The position numbers and the translations under genes were made by a program. Positions 7,051 through 13,613 of a DNA stretch of 14,207 bases are shown piece after piece. Origin of the DNA: a virus (taxonomy: Duplodnaviria; Heunggongvirae; Uroviricota; Caudoviricetes); the IMG/VR virus record IMGVR_UViG_3300042869_000717, positions 1 to 14,207 of that record; one strand, given 5' to 3'. Below the pieces are notes generated by a model. That model was not told the origin of the DNA. It saw nothing but the letters and a program-made list of their open reading frames with translations, and did no database searches. The first letter of the stretch is position 1. Each line of letters opens with the position of its first letter.

Positions 7051-8253
7051 ATGAATCATTTTTTGGTTGAAAGAAAAAAGGGTCCATCTTATGTTGGAGT
7101 ATCAGTTGAGTATAGGATATACCCGGATGATAAACAAAAGAGATGGTTATTTGATATTGGTAATAAATTAAGAGGGGGATATAATCTTTTGGTTAGTGAA
7201 TTTATTGATGGGAAAGATTTTAAGGACTTTCCTGCTCCGAACTTAAAGAGTAAATCTCTTTTCTCTAATTATCTTTCAACGATTAATTGGTTTGATAATG
7301 TTCCATCAATATTTAGGGAATATGTTTCTGAATCTTTGGTCACATCAATTAAAAATTTCAGAAAAAAACCAAAATCAAGAAAACCTTCGTATAAGAAAAA
7401 AACGAATATATTGAAATTAACGACTAATTCAAATAGTATTAGTCGTGGAAGTTTAAGTTTGGATTGGGATAATAATGAAATTAGGTTTGCTCCTACTTTA
7501 CTTAAAAAAGTTGGGATAAATCCAATTATAAAATGTAAGTTTCATAAACAATTCAAAGGGTCTACACCAAAGTTAATGTCAATCCATAGGAAGTCTGATG
7601 GTAATTGGTATTTATCTTTAACATTGGATTTAAAGGATACTGAAATTGTTAAGATTAATAGTTCGGGTAAATCATTGGGAATTGATGTAGGTATTAAAGA
7701 TATGGCAATTACATCCGAAGGACTTAAATATCAGGTACCAATTGAGAGGATTAAAAAATTGGAAGATAAGATTTCAATTATTCAAAAGAGTATATCTCGT
7801 AAGAACAGATTAAACAAGGGTAAACCTAAATCCAAAAATTATTGGAGAGTAATTGAGAAGAAGGGTAGATTACAGAATGAATTAAATAATATTAGAAAAG
7901 AATATCACAGATATGTTGTTGGTGTTTTAACTAAAGGTAAGTTTTCTAAAATACAAGTTGAGGATATTCGTTTGTCATTTATGTTACAGAATAAACATAT
8001 GGCTAAATCCACTGCAAGAATCGGGATTCGTTCATTTGTCGATTATTTGGGAAGTGTTTGTAATTCAAAAGGAATTGAATTTAATAGGATTGACCCCCGT
8101 AATACAAGTAAGACTTGTTCTAACTGTGGGGATATAAATACTGAGTTAAAGTTATCCCAAAGGGAATGGACCTGTAAGTCTTGTGAGGAACACCACGATA
8201 GAGATATAAACGCAGCAAAAAATATCAGAGAAAGTTTGTTAGTTAGAGAATAA
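7051..8253 (+). CDS. tnpB: CRISPR-adjacent TnpB/Cas12f-like RNA-guided endonuclease (400 aa)
   Basis: N-terminal YRIYPDDKQK (IS605 OrfB-type), RuvC-I LGIDVG (D212), RuvC-II IQVEDI (E304), Zn finger C356/C359/C375/C378 (TSKTCSNCG...WTCKSC), RuvC-III HDRDINAAKNI (D385). Start set at ATG 7051 because the ORF-track extension 6922-7050 covers a repeat and the promoter. Confidence 0.93.
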   Translation: MNHFLVERKKGPSYVGVSVEYRIYPDDKQKRWLFDIGNKLRGGYNLLVSEFIDGKDFKDFPAPNLKSKSLFSNYLSTINWFDNVPSIFREYVSESLVTSIKNFRKKPKSRKPSYKKKTNILKLTTNSNSISRGSLSLDWDNNEIRFAPTLLKKVGINPIIKCKFHKQFKGSTPKLMSIHRKSDGNWYLSLTLDLKDTEIVKINSSGKSLGIDVGIKDMAITSEGLKYQVPIERIKKLEDKISIIQKSISRKNRLNKGKPKSKNYWRVIEKKGRLQNELNNIRKEYHRYVVGVLTKGKFSKIQVEDIRLSFMLQNKHMAKSTARIGIRSFVDYLGSVCNSKGIEFNRIDPRNTSKTCSNCGDINTELKLSQREWTCKSCEEHHDRDINAAKNIRESLLVRE

Positions 8254-8266
8254 TTACTTATCTTTG
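8235..8266 (+). promoter_or_regulatory. Bacteroidota sigma-A promoter driving the ncRNA/CRISPR transcript
   Basis: TTTG (8235-8238, in the last tnpB codons), N20, TATCTTTG (8259-8266); no ORF downstream. Confidence 0.75.
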
Positions 8267-8272
8267 TATCAT

Positions 8273-8469
8273 AATAAAAAAGTTCTTAAACATATTGGTA
8301 ACTCGCGTGTGTGTAACACGTTAAAAGGTTAAAACACTGTATGCAGATATAACCCGGGTAAAAGAACACGGTCAACGTGTGATTGCCGGAACGGTTAGGC
8401 GGCTAGGGGTCTCAAAACCTCATTATCCGAGAACGGATAGACTATCACAATTTCATTTGAAAAGCCATT
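8273..8469 (+). ncRNA. Candidate omegaRNA/tracrRNA-like scaffold
   Basis: Promoter upstream; hairpins CGTGT/ACACG (8306-8320), ACACG/CGTGT (8366-8380), GGGGT/ACCTC (8406-8421), TATCCG-agaa-CGGATA (8424-8439); anti-repeat GACTATC-acaa-TTTCA (8440-8455) complementary to the repeat segment TGAAAG(A/G)TAGTC. Confidence 0.6.
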
Positions 8470-8751
8470 ATTGGGATGTGTCTCGATTTTAAAGGTAGTC
8501 ACAACGAGGACACCGATATAAACCTCGTTAATAGGGTTGGGAATCATCACAATTTGAAAGGTAGTTACAACATAAAATCCCCAATTGAATAACATTTTGA
8601 GTTGGGAATCATCACAATTTGAAAGGTAGTCGCAACCGCTGTAAGTTAGCCTCAACGAAATTCAAAGTTGGGAATCATCACAATTTGAAAGATAGTCACA
8701 ACATAACATTTTAACTCTAACAGGGGAGCAAGTTGGGAATCATTACAATTT
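8470..8751 (+). CRISPR. CRISPR array: 5 repeats (36 nt; first diverged, last truncated), 4 spacers
   Basis: Repeats 8470-8505 (diverged 5' half), 8536-8571, 8601-8636, 8667-8702, 8732-8751 (partial); consensus GTTGGGAATCATCACAATTTGAAAGGTAGTCACAAC; spacers 30, 29, 30, 29 nt (8506-8535, 8572-8600, 8637-8666, 8703-8731). Confidence 0.95.
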
Positions 8752-8791
8752 AAACACAAAAAAAAAATGTTACCAATATGTTTTTAAACAT

Positions 8792-8824
8792 ACCCCATTT
8801 CTTTAATTAGATTTGGGGTTTTTT
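8792..8824 (+). terminator. Putative terminator of the array transcript
   Basis: ACCCCA...TGGGGT imperfect stem followed by a T-run. Confidence 0.45.
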
Positions 8825-8879
8825 ATTTGACATAACCATAAATTAGAATTATACTTTTATTCCATAAGGTATATTCATT

Positions 8880-9287
8880 ATGGTAAAAACAAAAACAATT
8901 TCATTTCTAAAATACAATAAGTTCGAGTTCGGGGAACAGGTCGTTAGTCAATTCGTGGTCTTTGAGTGTAAGTGGTTATTCTCCATCATCTTTTTTTATT
9001 TTCATAAATCTCTTGGTAGTCAGGACCGGTTTCATACCCACGCTTTTAATGCGTGGTCTGTGAAACTGTTTGGTGAGTATGATGAACAAATCTTGGATGA
9101 TGAGGTTAGTGGAGAATATCGTATTGTTCGTAGGGAGAAAGTCTTGGTTTATTTTCCCCGGGATTCATATCACCGGATTTCTAATAGTAACGGATGTATG
9201 ACCGTATTGTTTTCCGGTCCATGGAATAAAACTTGGAAGGAATATATTGATGGGGAGGTGGTTCATTATGGGTGGGGGCGGGAGTAG
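8880..9287 (+). CDS. Cupin-fold (RmlC-like) protein (135 aa)
   Basis: RFHTHAF...GEYDE first motif and YHRI...MTVLFSGPW second motif, matching the HxH..E..H cupin metal-binding pattern. Confidence 0.65.
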   Translation: MVKTKTISFLKYNKFEFGEQVVSQFVVFECKWLFSIIFFYFHKSLGSQDRFHTHAFNAWSVKLFGEYDEQILDDEVSGEYRIVRREKVLVYFPRDSYHRISNSNGCMTVLFSGPWNKTWKEYIDGEVVHYGWGRE

Positions 9288-9288
9288 T

Positions 9289-9357
9289 CTCACTTCGTCC
9301 GGTCACTCACTTCGTCCGGTCACTCACTTCGTTCGATGGAATCCCAACCCTTTTTTT
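9289..9357 (+). repeat. Dispersed repeat copy E, with a 17-bp internal tandem duplication
   Basis: (CTCACTTCGTCCGGTCA)x2 + CTCACTTCGTTCGATGGAATCCCAACCC-T7, starting 1 nt after the 9287 stop. Confidence 0.9.
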
Positions 9358-9386
9358 GGTTATGTGGAATCTTTGTTATATCTTTG
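9355..9386 (+). promoter_or_regulatory. Bacteroidota sigma-A promoter
   Basis: TTTG (9355-9358), N20, TATCTTTG (9379-9386). Confidence 0.75.
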
Positions 9387-9400
9387 TAAAAAAGTAGTAT

Positions 9401-9778
9401 ATGAAAAATGAAGATACTTTATTTCCATCCCCGAACGATAAGAAAATTGAAGTCCCCGATACATTAAAGGTTGTCATACTGAAGATGTGCCCCGAGATTA
9501 TTGATGTTGTTTCCACAGGATATAGGGAACAAATTATATATGACCCAATAAACTTCTCCCCGATATATAAATATTTGGTTGGAGTTGACATCCATTTTGA
9601 TAACCACAATGGAATGAAGAAAAGTAAACATGAATATAGTACGGAGATTAATGATTATTTTAAAATGACTTACGGTAGTGAGATGGGATTTGTATCATTC
9701 CATGTTCAGTCATTTATATTCCCCCCTGAAAAAAACAATAAGGATAAATTCTTTGAACTGTTTGAAAAAGTTAATTAA
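9401..9778 (+). CDS. Hypothetical protein (125 aa)
   Basis: ORF track; promoter upstream. Confidence 0.8.
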   Translation: MKNEDTLFPSPNDKKIEVPDTLKVVILKMCPEIIDVVSTGYREQIIYDPINFSPIYKYLVGVDIHFDNHNGMKKSKHEYSTEINDYFKMTYGSEMGFVSFHVQSFIFPPEKNNKDKFFELFEKVN

Positions 9779-9905
9779 TAAAGTTCTAAATAATTCCATT
9801 GAGGGATTTGTGTGCTATGAATACAAAGAATCTTATTGGATTATTAATCCTATCACAAATCAGTGGGTTTTTTATTGCTCATACTTTTTTGGAAATATAA
9901 AATAA
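9762..9905 (+). pseudogene. Truncated paralog of the N-terminal domain of 10213-11166 (47 aa from TTG)
   Basis: KKLINKVLNNSIEGFVCYEYKESYWIINPITNQWVF aligns by eye with GKIINTLINSSVQGVDTYNHNGSTWLIFTESKQWVI; then ends abruptly. Confidence 0.45.
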
Positions 9906-9919
9906 TATTCGTATCTTTG
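9888..9919 (+). promoter_or_regulatory. Bacteroidota sigma-A promoter
   Basis: TTTG (9888-9891), N20, TATCTTTG (9912-9919). Confidence 0.75.
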
Positions 9920-9938
9920 TCAAATAAAAAAGAAACAA

Positions 9939-10220
9939 ATGGATGGATTAACAATTGGTGTAACGTGGAGACGTGAAAACGATAGAAACTACTTTGACAT
10001 TGGATTCCCAAAAGACCAAGAGGCATTATCTGTTAAGGAATCAACAATGATGTTGGCTGCGGGTATGTCTTTATTAATGAAGGCTGGACATAAAAACGGA
10101 GATTTTAAAGATTACGAGATGATGGAACATGTAATTAATTATTTGAAAAGTGAGTTTGTATCCACAGAATCTTTTGAAGATGCTGAGATTCAACCAAATA
10201 TATTTAAAAATAATGTCTAA
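9939..10220 (+). CDS. Hypothetical protein (93 aa)
   Basis: ORF track; promoter upstream. Confidence 0.8.
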   Translation: MDGLTIGVTWRRENDRNYFDIGFPKDQEALSVKESTMMLAAGMSLLMKAGHKNGDFKDYEMMEHVINYLKSEFVSTESFEDAEIQPNIFKNNV

Positions 10221-11166
10221 TAAAAAGATTATGGGAAAAATAATAAACACCTTAATTAATTCTTCTGTCCAAGGTGTTGACACATATAATCATAATGGTT
10301 CCACTTGGTTAATCTTTACGGAGTCCAAACAATGGGTGATAGAATTAACTGAAAGTAAAACCCTGTGGTATAATTTTAATTTCTTTAAAAATCTTTTTGG
10401 GTATGCCTCATTGGAGGTTGTTCAAAACCAACACCTCATCACAAAATGGGTAGAAGATAATGTAATGAATGGTTCTAAGAATACCGCGTCACCATCTCAA
10501 ACACCATCATATAATCTGATGGAGGTTTTTGAGAATGGGATTAAAGAAACTTGTTGGAACCCGGAAGATAATACAAGTTGGGTTGAAAATGTTATTAAAG
10601 GCGGAGTAAAAGAAACCTGTTTGGAAATGAACATTACTGAAGGTGAGGTTGATGACATCATACAAGATGGTGTGAAGAAAACTAAAGGGGTGAAACTAAC
10701 CAACAAATCATTACAAATGGATGGTTCTTGTGTTATTGAAATTGTCATACAAGATGGAGTGAAAATGACTTCAAAATTAGAATCTCGTGAATATACCGGA
10801 GACATTGATGATGCACTTGAAAATGGTGTTAAAAGTTCTAACCCACGACAATATGTGGGAGAAGACATAATTGATAAGGTGATTGACAAGGGTGTTAATG
10901 AAACTTACTATGATGTATATCAACACAAAGGAAGAATTGATGGTGTGATTAAAAATGGAGTTAAAAAAACAAAAAAATTGAATGAGGTCGTTGTTGATTG
11001 GATTGGTGATATAATTGAGAATGGTGTAAAAGAAATAAAACCATTACCAGACCAAAGTGGAGAACTAATAGGTTATGGTAATTATTATCACGGTAAAGAA
11101 GATAGAACAAAAGCTTTTATAGATTATCTTGAGGAAACACTTGAGAAGGGTGTTAAAATTAATTAG
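10213..11166 (+). CDS. Repeat-containing protein (~317 aa; 9 copies of [IV]xx[VI][IL]xxGVKxT); alternative start 10231
   Basis: ORF 10150-11166 trimmed to the ATG overlapping the upstream gene end; repeats visible in the translation. Confidence 0.8.
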   Translation: MSNKKIMGKIINTLINSSVQGVDTYNHNGSTWLIFTESKQWVIELTESKTLWYNFNFFKNLFGYASLEVVQNQHLITKWVEDNVMNGSKNTASPSQTPSYNLMEVFENGIKETCWNPEDNTSWVENVIKGGVKETCLEMNITEGEVDDIIQDGVKKTKGVKLTNKSLQMDGSCVIEIVIQDGVKMTSKLESREYTGDIDDALENGVKSSNPRQYVGEDIIDKVIDKGVNETYYDVYQHKGRIDGVIKNGVKKTKKLNEVVVDWIGDIIENGVKEIKPLPDQSGELIGYGNYYHGKEDRTKAFIDYLEETLEKGVKIN

Positions 11167-11206
11167 ACCTACCTAAGGAAACTCCGATTCATGAATATTT
11201 ATTGGA

Positions 11207-11497
11207 ATGAAGATAATAATAACAGAAACCCAACAAGAAAGATTATTTAAGATAATTTCAAATCTCTTGGATGACAAATACAGTATTGAATATACCAATG
11301 ATAATCATTGGGTCTGGTATGATGGATATGCCGCAAGAATGAGATTAATTCCTAATGGTGAACTACGAGTTAGTTCAATAATGATAGATTATCTTGTTTC
11401 ACTATTTGGTTTAAATGAAGAAACATTAAAAGACTTTATAAAATATTACATGTCAATACACGATAAAGAATTTAATAGACTATTCATTATTGGTTAA
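11207..11497 (+). CDS. Hypothetical phage protein (96 aa), MKIIITE family
   Basis: ORF track; TATTTAT-N4-ATG. Confidence 0.85.
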   Translation: MKIIITETQQERLFKIISNLLDDKYSIEYTNDNHWVWYDGYAARMRLIPNGELRVSSIMIDYLVSLFGLNEETLKDFIKYYMSIHDKEFNRLFIIG

Positions 11498-11513
11498 ATA
11501 AAAAAAAAATATT

Positions 11514-11699
11514 ATGGAATATAAAATTAATAAAGAAGAAAAAACTATTACAATTTTTGATAGTGCGGGTAAAGTTGATGAGATTAAATCAATAATGTCA
11601 TTATTCCCCGATTACACTTTAAAAACTGGAACCCCAAAACAGGAATGTGTATGTGACCCCGATAAAGGTGGTGATGGTGTGTGTAAATGTGAAAAATAA
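11514..11699 (+). CDS. Small protein (61 aa) with C-terminal CxC...CxC motif
   Basis: ORF track; ECVCDPDKGGDGVCKCEK. Confidence 0.7.
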   Translation: MEYKINKEEKTITIFDSAGKVDEIKSIMSLFPDYTLKTGTPKQECVCDPDKGGDGVCKCEK

Positions 11700-11715
11700 A
11701 AAGAAATTAAAATAA

Positions 11716-11997
11716 ATGATGACAAGAAAATTAAGCAAACACATCGAAGATGAGCTCTTCGATAAAGAAAAAAGGGATATACCAACTGTGTTTCCTGAAC
11801 AAAGAGTAAAATTACAAGAAAATGTTGAACCTAAACCGGTTAAAAAGAAAAAACCTTACTATCGAAAGAAATATAATAAACCAAAAACTATTGAGATTAT
11901 ACCGGAACCGACTAAAAATTATGGTTTTTTTGTTGGGGTATTAGTTGGATTTCTTTCGGGTTTATTGGTTTCTTTAATTTTTACTATATTAACTTAA
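11716..11997 (+). CDS. Basic protein with C-terminal transmembrane helix (93 aa)
   Basis: ORF track; KKKKPYYRKKYNKPK basic patch and GFFVGVLVGFLSGLLVSLIFTIL hydrophobic tail. Confidence 0.8.
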   Translation: MMTRKLSKHIEDELFDKEKRDIPTVFPEQRVKLQENVEPKPVKKKKPYYRKKYNKPKTIEIIPEPTKNYGFFVGVLVGFLSGLLVSLIFTILT

Positions 11998-12006
11998 TAA
12001 AATAAC

Positions 12007-12035
12007 AACCCTACTCTAATCGGTAGGGTTTTTTT
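12007..12035 (+). terminator. Intrinsic terminator
   Basis: AACCCTAC-tctaatcg-GTAGGGTT plus T-run. Confidence 0.8.
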
Positions 12036-12049
12036 ATTATCTTTGTTGG

Positions 12050-12310
12050 ATGAAAAATTTGGTATTTAAATATTTTGATACTTTTTGTTACGGGGAACTG
12101 TGTGAGGATGTAGAACACAAAAATTGGCTTAAACCCGATAACCTTTCGGACGCTTTCGGGTATTCAACAGAGTGTAATCAGATTTTTTATAACGAATTAC
12201 TACAACATAACATCTATTCGATGTTTAGTGTTGGTAGAACTGAATTTAGAGAACTTTTGGGTGAGTGGTTTGAACACCGGTATCAATTACCGGTTTCGAT
12301 GGTTTTATAA
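12050..12310 (+). CDS. Hypothetical phage protein (86 aa), 'LVFKYFD' paralog
   Basis: ORF track; TATCTTTG box at 12038-12045; N-terminus shared with 12344-12664. Confidence 0.8.
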   Translation: MKNLVFKYFDTFCYGELCEDVEHKNWLKPDNLSDAFGYSTECNQIFYNELLQHNIYSMFSVGRTEFRELLGEWFEHRYQLPVSMVL

Positions 12311-12343
12311 TTACTCTTTTTAACCTTTTAAGTATTTATCATT

Positions 12344-12664
12344 ATGAATAAAAAGAAACGATTGGTATTTAAATATTTTGATATGATATATTCCGATTAT
12401 AAAAAACACATGCGTAGACCGGTAACCATGGAGTCACCAAATGTTTTATTTGAATATAAAAATGAGGATGGTAATGTCGCATTTAAATTCGATACTTCTA
12501 CTCAAATATTAAATTTTAATAATAAGGATTTTTATACTGCATTGAATATGTTAGGATTCACTACTTCAGAGTTTGCAAACATATGTAAAGAATATGCCGC
12601 GGATAAATTTGATTCAACAGTCATATTGAGGTCACCAATTTATAATTCATTAAAAAATAAATAA
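12344..12664 (+). CDS. Hypothetical phage protein (106 aa), 'LVFKYFD' paralog
   Basis: ORF track; TATTTAT-N4-ATG. Confidence 0.85.
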   Translation: MNKKKRLVFKYFDMIYSDYKKHMRRPVTMESPNVLFEYKNEDGNVAFKFDTSTQILNFNNKDFYTALNMLGFTTSEFANICKEYAADKFDSTVILRSPIYNSLKNK

Positions 12665-12666
12665 TT

Positions 12667-12993
12667 ATGGAATATATTATAACAGAGTCTCAATTCTCCA
12701 CAATTCAGACAAATAACCCCGGTTCCATTATCAGAATGGTGCGAAAATTCTATAATTCCATGGATATGGAAGGTATTTGTGAGTTAGATGTTGGATATGA
12801 CGAGGAAGATAACAATTTTCATTGTTATTTAATTATCGATAAGGATTGGTATACTAAAAACCCTATTGAAAAAGATTTAAAAAACGCTAAAATTCGTAAA
12901 TATGCAAAGGAACTTAAAGAAAAAATAAACAATTATTTGGGAATTTATATGTTTGTTGGACATTATGTAAGTCCATTACCTTGTGAATCATGA
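12667..12993 (+). CDS. Hypothetical phage protein (108 aa), MEYIITESQ family
   Basis: ORF track; ATGA overlap with the next gene. Confidence 0.85.
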   Translation: MEYIITESQFSTIQTNNPGSIIRMVRKFYNSMDMEGICELDVGYDEEDNNFHCYLIIDKDWYTKNPIEKDLKNAKIRKYAKELKEKINNYLGIYMFVGHYVSPLPCES

Positions 12994-13301
12994 GATACAT
13001 TATAACTGAAAGTAGATTAACCTCAATAATTGAAAATTGGTTGAGTGATAATTACGGTAATTTGGTAAGTGCGGTTATGGGTGGATATAGATTATATGTC
13101 CCATCTGAAGACGACATAACCGTTATTTTTTCTGTCAGCCCAAATTCGGAGAATCTAATTATGACTGAGAAACTTTTTAATTCTATGATAGATTTATTTG
13201 GAATAGAAAAAGAAGGAATAATTAGTGGTCTTGTGATGAAATGGTTTAATGAAAAATATAATCAAAAAGTTATTCGATTTAGAATTGAGCGTTTCTCATA
13301 A
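12990..13301 (+). CDS. Hypothetical phage protein (103 aa), MRYIITESR family
   Basis: ORF track; translational coupling. Confidence 0.8.
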   Translation: MRYIITESRLTSIIENWLSDNYGNLVSAVMGGYRLYVPSEDDITVIFSVSPNSENLIMTEKLFNSMIDLFGIEKEGIISGLVMKWFNEKYNQKVIRFRIERFS

Positions 13302-13418
13302 GTCTATATTTTCCACTAAAAAGAGAAAATTAAGTATAATTGTCCTTTATTTTCTATTATAACCAGACACTGAGCAAATATTTTCCATTATAACAAGATA
13401 CTTATAATAAAATAACAA

Positions 13419-13580
13419 ATGAAACACATATTAAATAATTTATCTGCTGAGGAGAAAAATAGTATCCTTGAACAACACACCGGAGGAATGAAAGTCATGA
13501 CCGAGAATTTCTCTAAATTGATTAATTCAAAACTTGGAGATTCAAAACCATTAGTGGAAGAAAAATCTAAGAAAAAATAA
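13419..13580 (+). CDS. Small phage protein (53 aa, MKHILNNLSAEEKNSILEQHTGGMKVMTENFSKLINSKLGDSKPLVEEKSKKK)
   Basis: Manual translation (below the track cutoff); A-rich start context; followed directly by a terminator. Confidence 0.75.
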   Translation: MKHILNNLSAEEKNSILEQHTGGMKVMTENFSKLINSKLGDSKPLVEEKSKKK

Positions 13581-13587
13581 TCTAAAT

Positions 13588-13613
13588 CCCACCCATTAAA
13601 GGTGGGTTTTTTT
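13588..13613 (+). terminator. Intrinsic terminator (same stem family as 4470-4494)
   Basis: CCCACC-cattaaa-GGTGGG followed by T7. Confidence 0.8.

Noticed and set aside
8273-8469. Group I intron / IStron remnant (ATTGCCGGAAC resembles a P element)
   Set aside because: No convincing P7 (R/S) pairing found; the repeat-complementary segment explains the region better
6930-8470. Autonomous IS200/IS605 or IS607 element
   Set aside because: No TnpA (Y1 or serine recombinase) and no clear subterminal end hairpins were seen; non-autonomous mobility cannot be excluded
8395-8655. 86-aa minus-strand ORF
   Set aside because: Antisense reading of the CRISPR array; its periodic sequence comes from the repeats
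8506-8731. Self-targeting by spacers within the window
   Set aside because: No matching protospacer seen by eye on either strand
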